Counted from the first letter of the stretch, positions 23,963 to 34,243 are shown. The stretch is 64,000 nucleotides of DNA from Candidatus Planktophila sp. (GCA_041687825.1 JBDNJI010000028.1:8707-72706); one strand, 5' to 3'. The notes: generated by a model from the sequence alone, not told the origin. A program made the numbers and translations.

Positions 23963-24850
23963 TTACCAACCGCGATCTGCAAGACGATGAGGTGCTGGGA
24001 TGTCGGCAACGTTAATGCCAACCATTGCTTCGCCCAGACCACGAGAAACATCGGCCAAGATTTTTGCATCTTGGTAGAAGGTTGTGGCCTTCACACAGGC
24101 AGCAGCGCGTTGCGCAGGATCGCCTGACTTGTAAATACCAGAACCGATAAAGACGCCATCGGCACCCATTTGCATCATCAAAGCAGCATCAGCTGGTGTT
24201 GCAATCCCGCCGGCAGTAAAAAGAACTACTGGAAGCTTTCCAGTCTGTGCAACTTCTTGAACGAGTGCAAAAGGTGCCTGCATCTCTTTCGCTGCTACGT
24301 AGAGTTCATCTTCGCGCATTGAGGTGAGGCGACGTATGTCACTGCCAATTTTTCTCATATGTGTCATTGCATTGGAAACATCACCGGTGCCGGCCTCGCC
24401 CTTTGAGCGAATCATGGCTGCACCCTCATTGATGCGACGGAGCGCCTCACCAAGATTTGTTGCACCGCAAACGAAAGGAATTTTAAATTTCCACTTATCA
24501 ATATGGTTTTCAAAATCCGCTGGTGTGAGTACTTCGGATTCGTCGATGTAGTCAACACCAAGGCTCTCCAAAATCTGCGCCTCAACGAAATGACCAATAC
24601 GTACCTTTGCCATCACCGGAATCGATACAACGGCACGAATGCCTTCGATCAAATCAGGATCAGACATGCGCGCAACACCACCTTGTGCGCGAATGTCAGC
24701 GGGAATGCGCTCGAGTGCCATCACCGCAACGGCGCCAGCATCTTGTGCGATTCTTGCTTGCTCTGCGTTGACGACATCCATGATGACGCCGCCCTTGAGC
24801 ATTTCGGCCATTCCGCGCTTAACGCGTGCGGTTCCGGTCTCTTGTGACAT
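23963..24850 (-). CDS. pdxS: PLP synthase lyase subunit
   Basis: [35 protein letters not shown]. Confidence 0.98.
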   Translation of the reverse strand: MSQETGTARVKRGMAEMLKGGVIMDVVNAEQARIAQDAGAVAVMALERIPADIRAQGGVARMSDPDLIEGIRAVVSIPVMAKVRIGHFVEAQILESLGVDYIDESEVLTPADFENHIDKWKFKIPFVCGATNLGEALRRINEGAAMIRSKGEAGTGDVSNAMTHMRKIGSDIRRLTSMREDELYVAAKEMQAPFALVQEVAQTGKLPVVLFTAGGIATPADAALMMQMGADGVFIGSGIYKSGDPAQRAAACVKATTFYQDAKILADVSRGLGEAMVGINVADIPAPHRLADRGW

Positions 24851-24876
24851 TTCTAGGCTCCTTATTTAAACGAATC

Positions 24877-25881
24877 TCAGGGTATGAATTCTAGCGTTAA
24901 TTGCGGATTCTTCTCGGTGAGAGCAATCCACACCTGTCCCCGCGCAAAAGTGATCTCTTCCCCCGATAGATCACTCCAACTCGTGCCGGAAAGTAAATCT
25001 GGCCGTGACCACCTGCCCTCAATATATTTGCCATCTCGCAGGATGTAGCCCACACCTGTTCCCACCGTCTCCGAAAGTGGGGTCACTCCACCAAATTTAT
25101 CGCCATAAATAGACGGGACGATTTTTACCAACTGGATGACAAAGGTCGAAGCGCCATGCTGGATTCCGGATGCCGACATATTTGCTATTCCGTCATTAAA
25201 AATTAGCCAACGTCTCTGGGCCGAAGACCAACGAACTTCATACTCAGCTGCTGGCCATGAAACCTTCGCCGATGAAAGAGCGGTACCGGTTTCGATATCG
25301 TCGCTAAAGGTCCAACCGACCGATGTGGATGTCGCAATCTCGCGACCGTCGGCCACCACTTTTTCCATCAGAAGGTCTGCTCGCAAAACCATATCTGTCG
25401 GACCTCGTCGTAATGGATCTCGGGTGTAGATGGTTGGAGATTGTCGCTGGGCTCCATAATCATTTAGATTTGCGGCCGAGATAACTGGATACATTTTCGA
25501 CTGCGCTCCGCTATACGCAAATACAACCCGTCCATATTGCACCAAAATATCGATATCAGAAATTCGCGCACTTCTCACTGGTCCGATCAGTGCAGGAATT
25601 TTTGTGGAAAAGATCGCGGCAAGTCTTGTAAGTCCACCTTCAACTTGTTCAATGTAAATGACATCGGCCTGGTCGAGTCCGATTTGCGGACGCGCTGATG
25701 TTGTATCGTCGATCTTCACCACTAATATCGGACCTTCTGTACCTTCCCGGCCTGAAAGTGAGTTGTAGATACGTTCATCCTCGATGACTTGCAAAATCAC
25801 ATCTTTGGAACCAGGTATAAATGCGATTACTACTACAGATAACGCAGCGATGGCGAAGAATGCTTTCCCAATTTTCTTCAT
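24877..25881 (-). CDS. DUF3048 (YerB-like) exported protein
   Basis: Signal-like N-terminus, VKIDD-x3-ARPQ-x-GL-x2-AD, VEGGLTR, GPVRSAR. Start set at ATG 25881, coupled to the pimA stop. Confidence 0.8.
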   Translation of the reverse strand: MKKIGKAFFAIAALSVVVIAFIPGSKDVILQVIEDERIYNSLSGREGTEGPILVVKIDDTTSARPQIGLDQADVIYIEQVEGGLTRLAAIFSTKIPALIGPVRSARISDIDILVQYGRVVFAYSGAQSKMYPVISAANLNDYGAQRQSPTIYTRDPLRRGPTDMVLRADLLMEKVVADGREIATSTSVGWTFSDDIETGTALSSAKVSWPAAEYEVRWSSAQRRWLIFNDGIANMSASGIQHGASTFVIQLVKIVPSIYGDKFGGVTPLSETVGTGVGYILRDGKYIEGRWSRPDLLSGTSWSDLSGEEITFARGQVWIALTEKNPQLTLEFIP

Positions 25882-27053
25882 TACTCGCCATCTCGAATCA
25901 GGAGCCAATCCCAGGCCCGGGATTCTGCCGTCACTCGCAGGGGCTCTCCAGTAGCGAGTGCCTTCAAATAAATGTCATAAATTTGATCAGCCACAATCGA
26001 CCAATCAAAACGCTGAGAATAATCTCTGCCAGCGATCGCTAATGCTCGTCTCTTCTCATCATCTCTAAGCAGATCTATCACCACCATGGCCAATGATTGT
26101 GCATCTTCTGATTCAAAGAGCGCGCCATACTCTCCGTCACCTAATAGATCGCTGAAGGCCGGGATATCACTGGCAACAACAGCTGCTCCCCCTGCCATCG
26201 CTTCGGCGAGAATTATCCCAAAAGATTCACCACCAGTGTTAGGCGCAATATATAAAGCAATGGACTTTAAGAAATTTGCCTTTTCGTCTTCAGAGATTCG
26301 CCCTAGAAATTGAAAACGATTTCGTAACTCCGACTTTATATCTTCAGAAATCTCAGATGGATCACCGGGTCCGGCTATGAGAACTCGAACATCTGGAACG
26401 AAGCGAGAGATTATTGGAATGGCATCAATCAAAACTTCTAAACCTTTTCGAGGTTCTTCAAAGCGCCCAATAAATCCCAGTGTCGGACCCGACCATTTCT
26501 GCTCAATTTGCCCGTCACGATAACGATCTGCAAATACACCGTTTGGGATTACAAATGCAGTGGTATCCATATGTTCTTGGAGTGTGTCGTATGCCGCCTG
26601 GCTCACCGCAATTTTTTCGGAAAGACGGGCTATCGCTGGTTCAACAATTGATGCAATTACCCGAGTGGTTGCGCCTTTCTTTGCTTGCGCATGAAATGTT
26701 CCAACGATCGGACCCTCGCTTGCCCATAGCGCTAAGAGAGAAATCGACGGTACCGCTGGTTCGTGTAAATGCAGGATGTCGAAATTATTATCGGTAATCC
26801 AATTACGCACTCGAGCAAAGGCTGCCGGATTAAAAAGAAGTCGAGCGACGGCGCCATTAAATGGGATCGCAATCGGTTTACCAGCATTGACTAGATAATC
26901 AGGAGGATCAAACTCATCTGTAGTTGGTGCAAGAACTGAAACAAAGTGACCTTGAGCGATAAAGAACTCTGCTAGATCGCGCACATGGTTTTGGACCCCG
27001 CCAGGTGTATCCCAACTGTAAGGACAGACCAAACCAATTCTCAACTTTTTCAT
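25881..27053 (-). CDS. pimA: GT4 phosphatidylinositol alpha-mannosyltransferase
   Basis: CPYSWDTPGGVQ, HLHEP, EPRKG, GGESFGIILAEAMA; pgsA-patA-pimA operon. Confidence 0.92.
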   Translation of the reverse strand: MKKLRIGLVCPYSWDTPGGVQNHVRDLAEFFIAQGHFVSVLAPTTDEFDPPDYLVNAGKPIAIPFNGAVARLLFNPAAFARVRNWITDNNFDILHLHEPAVPSISLLALWASEGPIVGTFHAQAKKGATTRVIASIVEPAIARLSEKIAVSQAAYDTLQEHMDTTAFVIPNGVFADRYRDGQIEQKWSGPTLGFIGRFEEPRKGLEVLIDAIPIISRFVPDVRVLIAGPGDPSEISEDIKSELRNRFQFLGRISEDEKANFLKSIALYIAPNTGGESFGIILAEAMAGGAAVVASDIPAFSDLLGDGEYGALFESEDAQSLAMVVIDLLRDDEKRRALAIAGRDYSQRFDWSIVADQIYDIYLKALATGEPLRVTAESRAWDWLLIRDGE

Positions 27054-27937
27054 CTGCGCTCCACAAAATCTCGATCAACCCAGATGCGTTGCAACATATG
27101 CCAATCTTCTGGGTGTTCTCGTATTCCACGGGCAAAACTATCGGCACACAACTGCACCGATGCTCGGACTCGTGATTCTTCATCACCTTGCTTTGGAATC
27201 AGAATCTCTTCCAACTGAACGTGAATACCTTTTTCTGTATACGAGACAAAAGCGCTCACCAATGGTGACTGAGTACGAATCGCGACTATGGATGGGCCGG
27301 CCGGCATACGGGCAACACCATCAAAGAATGTAACTTCTATCCCACTACTCGAAAGATCTCGATCGGCAACCAGTGCAATCAACTTCCCCGCCCGCGCACG
27401 ATTAATTAGAGTTGGAAAGGCGCGCGAGTCCAGTGGTAACACTTCCATTCCAATCGCCTCACGATATTTCAAGAAGCGTTCAAAGAGTTCGCGCGGCTTC
27501 AAGATCTCGGCGACAGTAACGAGTTGCGCGCCTTGAGTACAAAAATACGAACCAGCATGATCCCAATTCCCAGCATGAGGAAGGGTGACAACTACTGCTT
27601 CACCAGCTCTCACTCGATCCATGATCAAGTGTTCATTTTCAACTGTAACGCTCGATCTAATCCGAACCCGATCCCAATCTGGTGAGCGAAACGTCTCACG
27701 CCAATACCTCATATATGAGAGGACACCGAGATGAGTAAGTTGATCGAGCTCACTTGCACTCTTTTTTGGAAAGACTCGCCCCAGATTTGAACGAAGTCGT
27801 TGCACACTCTTTCCATTGCGGGCAAACATCCGCCCACCCATTGCCACGAATAGATTGGTTGCCATTGCCTCTGGCAATTTTCGAATCAACGACCACCCTA
27901 AGAAATAAACTCTTGCTGTGAAGAAATCTTTCACCAA
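27050..27937 (-). CDS. patA: Phosphatidylinositol mannoside acyltransferase
   Basis: SYMRYW-x-E-x-FR, LPHAGNWD (HxxxxD), LVADRDL, DWHMLQ. Confidence 0.9.
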   Translation of the reverse strand: MVKDFFTARVYFLGWSLIRKLPEAMATNLFVAMGGRMFARNGKSVQRLRSNLGRVFPKKSASELDQLTHLGVLSYMRYWRETFRSPDWDRVRIRSSVTVENEHLIMDRVRAGEAVVVTLPHAGNWDHAGSYFCTQGAQLVTVAEILKPRELFERFLKYREAIGMEVLPLDSRAFPTLINRARAGKLIALVADRDLSSSGIEVTFFDGVARMPAGPSIVAIRTQSPLVSAFVSYTEKGIHVQLEEILIPKQGDEESRVRASVQLCADSFARGIREHPEDWHMLQRIWVDRDFVERR

Positions 27938-28540
27938 TCACACCCTCTTGAGCGCGGAATAAACGGTGAACATCCGCTGAAATACAGTGATGACTCCAAA
28001 AATTGAGAGTAATCCGAAGCCGACTATCAAAGCAAAATCGATACCAAGTCCATAGAGCCCGATTGCGGTGAGAGCGATCACAACACGCTCGGTTCGCTCT
28101 GCAATCCCCACGCTACATTCAATCGACAAGCTTTCAGCCTTTGCTCGGATGTAAGGAATTAAGGTTCCAGTGATTAAAGAGATGAGTATCAAGATCGCAG
28201 ATAGATCATCGATATCAACAATATAAATCAACACCCCAACCAAGATTGCCGCATCCGTCGCACGATCTATCGTCGAATCCAAAAAGCCACCCCAGGTGGT
28301 TCCGATCCCATTGCTTCTCCGAGCAATCGCGCCATCAAAGAGATCACTCAGTGCAAAAAATGAGACCACTAGAGTTCCAAGAAAAAGATCGCCTCGTGGA
28401 TAGAAAAAGAGCGCAGATGCGATAGTTCCAATTGCGCCAACAACGGTGACACCATTTGCGGTAATACCAAGTCGAATAGCGAGAGTGACCACCGGTGTAA
28501 TTAAACGGGTGACCTGAGGCTTTAAACGTGCGCTAATCAT
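27938..28540 (-). CDS. pgsA: Phosphatidylinositol-phosphate synthase (CDP-alcohol phosphatidyltransferase)
   Basis: DLFDGAIAR...GGFLDSTIDR signature, YIRAKAE, ERTER. Start set at ATG 28540 (leaderless -10). Confidence 0.93.
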   Translation of the reverse strand: MISARLKPQVTRLITPVVTLAIRLGITANGVTVVGAIGTIASALFFYPRGDLFLGTLVVSFFALSDLFDGAIARRSNGIGTTWGGFLDSTIDRATDAAILVGVLIYIVDIDDLSAILILISLITGTLIPYIRAKAESLSIECSVGIAERTERVVIALTAIGLYGLGIDFALIVGFGLLSIFGVITVFQRMFTVYSALKRV

Positions 28541-28564
28541 CGTGCACATCGTAGGCTTTAACCC
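28541..28564. promoter_or_regulatory. Bidirectional promoter with two overlapping TANNNT -10 boxes
   Basis: ATCGTAGGCT at 28548-28557 reads TACGAT on minus and TAGGCT on plus, each 7 nt before an ATG. Confidence 0.7.
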
Positions 28565-29167
28565 ATGACAATCTCCACATCTGAGCCTGTGAAAATTGCA
28601 CTATATGGGCATGTCAGCGCTACCCCCGTTTCGCTTGCGAAGGCGCTCGAATCTCGCGGTATCCACGTTGAAATAAATCCATCCGATCTCGCTCGGGTGG
28701 ATTGTGCCATTTTTGCAGTCAATCCAGCAGCGGGAATTGATCAAGAGACAATTGCGCATTGGGAAAGTTTCAATGATTTTTTGACCCCAAGAATTTTCGT
28801 TGCACTGGCTCTACCCGGGAGCGATCTAGATTTTGACGATGCAGTACTCCTCGCAAATCGAGTTCTTGATCAGTTGGTTACACCATTCCTGGTACTGCAC
28901 GGAGATGATGGTGCTCCGGTTGCTTTGATCAATCTCACTGATCTGACTGTGCGGAACTACCAAGGCGACGTAGTTGTGCTCAATGAAAGCGATCCGGAGC
29001 ATAAGGAGTTAGTCGCTGAGTTCCGGGCTGAATATCTGGAGGCAGTTGATGCAATCGGTGAAGGAGCATTTAGCGCAGGCCTGCTCTTTCCAGCGATACC
29101 TATTAATTTAGATCTTGGAATCGGTCTTGATATTGTTGATGAATATCTCTCACTTTTAAATAAGTAG
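28565..29167 (+). CDS. Truncated EF-G2-like G-domain protein with degenerate GTPase motifs
   Basis: Collinear resemblance to the actinobacterial EF-G2 G-domain (IALYGH, DCAIFAV-x4-GID, PRIFV, DFDD, LHGDDG, FPAIP...GIG). Occupies the EF-G2 slot between pgsA and HIT. Confidence 0.7.
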   Translation: MTISTSEPVKIALYGHVSATPVSLAKALESRGIHVEINPSDLARVDCAIFAVNPAAGIDQETIAHWESFNDFLTPRIFVALALPGSDLDFDDAVLLANRVLDQLVTPFLVLHGDDGAPVALINLTDLTVRNYQGDVVVLNESDPEHKELVAEFRAEYLEAVDAIGEGAFSAGLLFPAIPINLDLGIGLDIVDEYLSLLNK

Positions 29168-29692
29168 CTACCACGCCGTCGCTATCTCAAGCCGCGTCTG
29201 AGTAAGTAGTTGTGGCAACACCTTAGTCTTCCCAATGATCGGCATAAAGTTTGCATCTCCCGACCATCGCGGAACAATATGTTGATGAATATGTGCTGCA
29301 ACCCCAGCGCCAGAGATTGCACCTTGATTCATTCCAAGATTAAACCCTTCTGGATTTGAAACTTTTCTAATGGTACGCATTGCATGAGCAGTGAGTTCGA
29401 ATATCTCTACTCGCTCGTCATCTCTGAGATCAGTCAGATCTGCTACATGGCGATGCGCGCAAATAAGTAGGTGACCTGGATTGTAAGGATAAAGATTCAT
29501 CACGACATACGCGCTGACTCCACGGTGAACAATCAAGCCATCTTCATCGCTCATGGCGGGAATCTCGCAGAAAGGACATGTCGCATCGTTGCCGACCAGT
29601 GGCCGATTCTCACCACGTAAGTAATCTAAGCGATGCGGTGCCCACAACCGCGCCCACGCATCTGGCATTCCAGTGGAGTCGATATAACTCAT
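29168..29692 (-). CDS. HIT family Ap4A phosphorylase/hydrolase
   Basis: RLWAPHR, CPFC, NLYPYNPGH, HIHQHIVPRW; follows thrS. Confidence 0.93.
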   Translation of the reverse strand: MSYIDSTGMPDAWARLWAPHRLDYLRGENRPLVGNDATCPFCEIPAMSDEDGLIVHRGVSAYVVMNLYPYNPGHLLICAHRHVADLTDLRDDERVEIFELTAHAMRTIRKVSNPEGFNLGMNQGAISGAGVAAHIHQHIVPRWSGDANFMPIIGKTKVLPQLLTQTRLEIATAW

Positions 29693-29701
29693 AGCTGATA
29701 T

Positions 29702-31690
29702 CTAAACCTGAGTGCGGGCGGCGACGGTGTCGCGAATCTCCGCAATCGCCTGCGCAAGTGGAATACCGTTTTTTTGTTCGCCATTGCGATATCTAAATGA
29801 AACCGCTCCTGCGACCTGATCTTCCTCGCCAGCAATAATCATGTATGGAATCTTTTGCATCTGTGCGTTACGCACTTTCTTCTGCATTCGATCATCAGAA
29901 GCATCTAGCTCAGCGCGAATCCCCGCAGCCTTAAGCTCCTTCACTACATCGGCCAAATAATCAGCGTAGATATCAGCAACCGGAATTGCCATAACTTGAA
30001 CAGGTGCAAGCCATGGTGGGAAAGCGCCTGCATAATGCTCGGTAAGTACGCCAAAGAATCGCTCAATCGAACCAAAGAGCGCTCGGTGAATCATTACTGG
30101 ACGCGCTCTCGTTCCATCTGAAGCCGCGTACTCAAGTTCAAATCGCTGAGGTAGTTGGAAGTCGACTTGAATCGTGGACATCTGCCAGGTGCGACCAATC
30201 GCATCTTTTGCCTGAACTGAAATTTTCGGACCGTAGAACGCGGCACCCTCTTCATCTAAAACTAATTCAAGATTCTGCGCCAACGCCGCTTGTCGCAGTG
30301 CATCTGTTGCCTGCGTCCAATCTTCATCCGAACCGACCGACTTCGCGGGGTTGCGAGTGGAGAGTTCTAGGTAGAAATCTTCTAGACCGTAGTCACGGAG
30401 TAAATTCAAAACGAATGTCAGCAGCGAGTCCAACTCCCCTGGCATCTGCTCTTTGGTGCAATAGATATGCGCATCATCTTGAGTAAATCCTCGTGCACGA
30501 GTGATTCCATGCAAAACACCAGATTTTTCATATCGGTAGACTGTTCCGAATTCAAAGAGGCGCAAAGGTAATTCGCGATAAGAGCGACCACGTGAGCGAT
30601 AAATCAAATTGTGAAAAGGACAATTCATTGGCTTCATGTAGTACCGCTGCCCCGCGCGTTTAATCGTTCCATCAGCATGATGTTCTTCATCAAGAATCAT
30701 CGGCGGATACATACTTTCTGCATACCATTCGAGGTGACCTGATGTTTCAAAGAGTGCAGCTTTAGTTAAATGAGGTGAGTAGACGAATTCATATCCTTCA
30801 TCTTCGTGACGCTTGCGCGAATAATCTTCCATCGCGCGTCGAACGATTCCACCCTTCGGATGAAAAACGGCAAGACCGGAACCGATCTCTTCTGGGAACG
30901 AGAAGAGATCTAACTCTTGTCCCAACCGGCGATGGTCACGCTTCTCAGCCTCTGCCAATAACTCGAGATATCCGTTGAGCTCGTCTTGCGAAGGCCAAGC
31001 CGTTCCGTAAATGCGCTGCAGCATCGGATTCTTCTCCGAGCCGCGCCAATAAGCACCAGCACTTCTCATCAATTTAAATGCCGGGATCTGCTTTGTTGAT
31101 GGAAGGTGCGGCCCGCGACAAAGATCAGACCACACTGGCTCGCCATCGCGACCTAAATTGTCATAGATCGTAAGTTCCGCGCCACCGACTTCAACACTCG
31201 TTTCATCATTTCCGCCAGATTTAATTCCGATCAATTCGCATTTATATGGTTCGTGGGCCAGTTCGGAAAGTGCGTCACTTTCCGTTGTTACTCGCCTACG
31301 GAAGCGTTGTCCCTCTTTCACGATCTTACGCATTGCCGATTCGATCTGCTCGAGATCACTCGGGGTGAATGGATTGGCTGGATCAAAATCATAATAAAAA
31401 CCATCACGAATCGGCGGACCGATTCCCAGCGCAGTCTTCGGGAACACTTGCTGAACTGCCTGCGCCATTACGTGTGCAGTTGAGTGTCTTAAAACATTGA
31501 GGCCATCTGGTGAATCGATCGCAACTGCCTCAACGACATCGCCGTCGGCTAGCGGACTCCAAAGATCTTTAAGTTCACCATTAATGCGACAGACCACAAT
31601 TGTCTTCTCATCTGCGAAGAGGTGAGTAGGGCGTTGGTCGTCTTCTACCGAACGCACTGCACCATCAACAGAAATCGAAATCAAAGCCAT
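29702..31690 (-). CDS. thrS: Threonine--tRNA ligase
   Basis: [51 protein letters not shown]. Confidence 0.99.
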   Translation of the reverse strand: MALISISVDGAVRSVEDDQRPTHLFADEKTIVVCRINGELKDLWSPLADGDVVEAVAIDSPDGLNVLRHSTAHVMAQAVQQVFPKTALGIGPPIRDGFYYDFDPANPFTPSDLEQIESAMRKIVKEGQRFRRRVTTESDALSELAHEPYKCELIGIKSGGNDETSVEVGGAELTIYDNLGRDGEPVWSDLCRGPHLPSTKQIPAFKLMRSAGAYWRGSEKNPMLQRIYGTAWPSQDELNGYLELLAEAEKRDHRRLGQELDLFSFPEEIGSGLAVFHPKGGIVRRAMEDYSRKRHEDEGYEFVYSPHLTKAALFETSGHLEWYAESMYPPMILDEEHHADGTIKRAGQRYYMKPMNCPFHNLIYRSRGRSYRELPLRLFEFGTVYRYEKSGVLHGITRARGFTQDDAHIYCTKEQMPGELDSLLTFVLNLLRDYGLEDFYLELSTRNPAKSVGSDEDWTQATDALRQAALAQNLELVLDEEGAAFYGPKISVQAKDAIGRTWQMSTIQVDFQLPQRFELEYAASDGTRARPVMIHRALFGSIERFFGVLTEHYAGAFPPWLAPVQVMAIPVADIYADYLADVVKELKAAGIRAELDASDDRMQKKVRNAQMQKIPYMIIAGEEDQVAGAVSFRYRNGEQKNGIPLAQAIAEIRDTVAARTQV

Positions 31691-31703
31691 GGGGACAGCC
31701 TAC

Positions 31704-32459
31704 CTAATGGCTAGACGCAATCTGATGCAATTTGTGGCAAATCACGCGATCATCCTCACCAATTGCTAATGGCCGGCCGTCAATACTTTCAATTACATTC
31801 GCAATCTTCAATGAACTCATGGCTACCGCCGCCTCAATCTGATCAACTTCTAGATCGAGAACTTCTCGGACCGCCACACCACATTGTTCAACCGCAATTG
31901 CGCGAATAACCCCTGCCAAGATTCCCTGAGAAATCGGAGCAGTTACCCATTGCCCTGTGATTCGAAATGCGTAATTTGAAACAGCCCCTTCGGTGAATCG
32001 ACCAGCGCCATCAATAATCAAAAACTCATCCACCCCTTGTGCCTTTGCTTTTGTTAGCAGTTCTAGATTCTGTGTGTACGGAAACTTTTTCAACACTGGA
32101 GATTCTCTAATAATTCCGGTGCGAAACGTTGCCACCGCTAAATCACGCCGATCATCGATGTACTCGTCGTGCGTCGCCAGAAAAGAACCATCAGAGAAAG
32201 AGAGCCGTAACCGACCGAACACATGAGGCTGGTTTTCGATCAACATATCGATCGCACTCGCAACATCTTCTTCAGCTGGCAACGAAAAGCCTAAGGTCCG
32301 TGCCCCAGAAAGTGCTCGTCGCATATGTCTGGTTAGGAACTGTGGCCTGCCGTTTTCGGTGCGAATAGTTTCGAATATTCCGACACCAATCGACCAACCA
32401 TCTTTGCCAATCAGTGACTCACTCGGATCGACCATAGATCCGTTATGCCAAACTTTCAT
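31704..32459 (-). CDS. Class IV aminotransferase, aminodeoxychorismate lyase-like (PabC-like)
   Basis: G-x-GIFETIR, H-x2-R, EGAVSN, GILAGVIR. ATG 32459 overlaps the upstream stop (ATGA). Confidence 0.8.
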   Translation of the reverse strand: MKVWHNGSMVDPSESLIGKDGWSIGVGIFETIRTENGRPQFLTRHMRRALSGARTLGFSLPAEEDVASAIDMLIENQPHVFGRLRLSFSDGSFLATHDEYIDDRRDLAVATFRTGIIRESPVLKKFPYTQNLELLTKAKAQGVDEFLIIDGAGRFTEGAVSNYAFRITGQWVTAPISQGILAGVIRAIAVEQCGVAVREVLDLEVDQIEAAVAMSSLKIANVIESIDGRPLAIGEDDRVICHKLHQIASSH

Positions 32460-33454
32460 AACTTGCCACCAGCAATCGAAATGAGGTTGCGCGCCTTCAA
32501 CTGCGTCTCTTCCCATTCCATCGCTGGATCACTCCCCCAAGTAATCCCAGCGCCTGTCCCATAGCGCAACCATTCATCGCCGGTGTTCCAAAATGTTCGT
32601 ATTGCAACCGATAGTTCGCAGCGATCGCCCTGGATCCAACCGATTGCACCGCAGTAAGGACCTCGAGGGTTCGGTTCGTGTTTTGAAATAATAGATAAAG
32701 CCGAACTCTTTGGTGCACCACTTACAGATCCGGGTGGGGTTGTTGCATCAAGAATCTGAGCCCAGGTAATCCCATCGCGAAGCTTGGCCTGTACATCCGA
32801 AACTAAATGCGTCAGCCCAGGGTGTTTCTCGCGCCGAAAAAGATCACTGACTTCCACGGTGCCATCTTTTGCAATCTGACTCAGATCATTTCTCATCAAA
32901 TCTACAATCATTAAATTCTCGGCTTCATCTTTTTCGCCAAAGTCATCTTCATTCCAACGAATAGTGCCTTTGATTGGCGAGGTAATTATTTGACCACCAC
33001 TTCTACTCAGAAATCTCTCCGGTGAAGCGCTAGCAATTTCAAATCCAGGAATTTTCATATAACTGGCAAAAGGAGCTGGATTGGCATAGAGAATCCGTGA
33101 AAAAAGGCCAGCAAGTTTGTTTTGTTTTGTATCGATGAGGTGTCGAAGCTCTCGACAGGCATTGACTTGATAGACCGAACCTAACCCAATCTCTTCTCTA
33201 ATTGCATGGACATAAGACATGTAATCGAGCTCAGGCAGTGAACTACTCCACGGTCGATCAAGTACATCCCAATTACTTTCTGGAAAGGCGCTCTCGGTAA
33301 CCGTTTTAAATTTTGCGAAATGACGTTGACCTTCAAAGGTCACAAGGACTGCCCAAAATCCTCCGTCCTCTAATACGGCTGGATCATTGCTGTACGTCAA
33401 CATCTTCGTTGCATGGCGATTGCCCATCCAGAATTGGTAATCGCGCCCGAACAT
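32456..33454 (-). CDS. Chorismate-binding protein (PabB/TrpE-like C-terminal domain)
   Basis: YQVN, SASPERF, PIKGT, AENLMIVDLMRND, PPGSVSGAPK, RGPYCG, GAGI. Confidence 0.88.
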   Translation of the reverse strand: MFGRDYQFWMGNRHATKMLTYSNDPAVLEDGGFWAVLVTFEGQRHFAKFKTVTESAFPESNWDVLDRPWSSSLPELDYMSYVHAIREEIGLGSVYQVNACRELRHLIDTKQNKLAGLFSRILYANPAPFASYMKIPGFEIASASPERFLSRSGGQIITSPIKGTIRWNEDDFGEKDEAENLMIVDLMRNDLSQIAKDGTVEVSDLFRREKHPGLTHLVSDVQAKLRDGITWAQILDATTPPGSVSGAPKSSALSIISKHEPNPRGPYCGAIGWIQGDRCELSVAIRTFWNTGDEWLRYGTGAGITWGSDPAMEWEETQLKARNLISIAGGKL

Positions 33455-33529
33455 GGTCACAGGCTACGCAGAATTCTTACGCTTTGGCGCATCGGCTCTC
33501 TCTGCGCTAGATTTGACCCCGCAGATCAT

Positions 33530-33602
33530 GCGGACGTAGCGCAGCTGGTAGCGCGGAACCTTGCCAAGGTTCAGGTCGCGGGTTCGAACCCCGTCGTCCG
33601 CT
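33530..33602 (+). tRNA. tRNA-Gly (GCC)
   Basis: Acceptor GCGGACG/CGTCCGC, anticodon arm GAACC-TTGCCAA-GGTTC, T-loop GGTTCGAAC. Confidence 0.97.
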
Positions 33603-33610
33603 CGGATAGA

Positions 33611-33642
33611 GCGTCGTTTGAGAATATCAAACGGCGTTTTTT
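33611..33642 (+). terminator. Intrinsic terminator-like hairpin after tRNA-Gly
   Basis: GCGTCGTTTGA-GAATA-TCAAACGGCGT stem followed by a T tract. Confidence 0.65.
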
Positions 33643-33689
33643 ATCTAATGAAGAAGGACTACGAGCAATCGGAAATCCCGAAATTTCGT

Positions 33690-33763
33690 GGTGGAATGGC
33701 CGAGAGGCGAGGCAAGGGACTGCAAATCCCTCTACACGGGTTCAAATCCCGTTTCCACCTCCA
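33690..33763 (+). tRNA. tRNA-Cys (GCA), CCA encoded
   Basis: Acceptor GGTGGAA/TTCCACC, anticodon arm AGGGA-CTGCAAA-TCCCT, GGTTCAAAT, ends TCCA. Confidence 0.97.
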
Positions 33764-33813
33764 CGAAGATATACATCTGAGTAATTGAAAGCGTTAAACG
33801 AAGGGGCAATCGC

Positions 33814-34161
33814 ATGACTGATTCACAATCAGAACGTCCTTGGGGTCGCTACGAAGTTCTCTCAACTACCGACACTTACCAAGTCAAAATAGTGATTGTG
33901 TTGCCAGGTAAGCGTCTTTCCTACCAACGTCATGCCAGGCGTGCAGAACACTGGTTCATCGTCGCGGGAGATGCAAAGATCACTCTCGATGGAGCTTCCT
34001 TCGAAATGGGCGCTGGGGACTCAATTGATATCGAGGTAGGCCTCGCTCACCGAATTGAAAATATTGGAACCATGGAACTTATATTTAACGAAGTGCAGAC
34101 TGGAACCTATTTTGGTGAAGACGATATCGAGCGACTTGAGGATGATTTCGGTCGGGTTTAA
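33814..34161 (+). CDS. Stand-alone cupin, mannose-6-phosphate isomerase type II C-terminal domain
   Basis: ERPWGRY, LSYQRH-x2-RAEHW, HRIEN, EVQTGTYFGEDDIERLEDDFGR. Confidence 0.9.
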   Translation: MTDSQSERPWGRYEVLSTTDTYQVKIVIVLPGKRLSYQRHARRAEHWFIVAGDAKITLDGASFEMGAGDSIDIEVGLAHRIENIGTMELIFNEVQTGTYFGEDDIERLEDDFGRV

Positions 34162-34243
34162 TCCAAGAATTCACAGCAATAATCAACTCCGCTATACTTT
34201 TCAAACAATCTAATATCGACCCGATAAAAGTTTTACACCGTAC

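Noticed and set aside
9830-31703. T-box or attenuator leaders for alaS, aspS, hisS, thrS
   Set aside because: Upstream spacers are too short (41 nt or less) to hold one.
33413-33788. ORFs 33413-33784 and 33561-33788
   Set aside because: They run across tRNA-Gly and tRNA-Cys and are spurious translations of the RNA genes.
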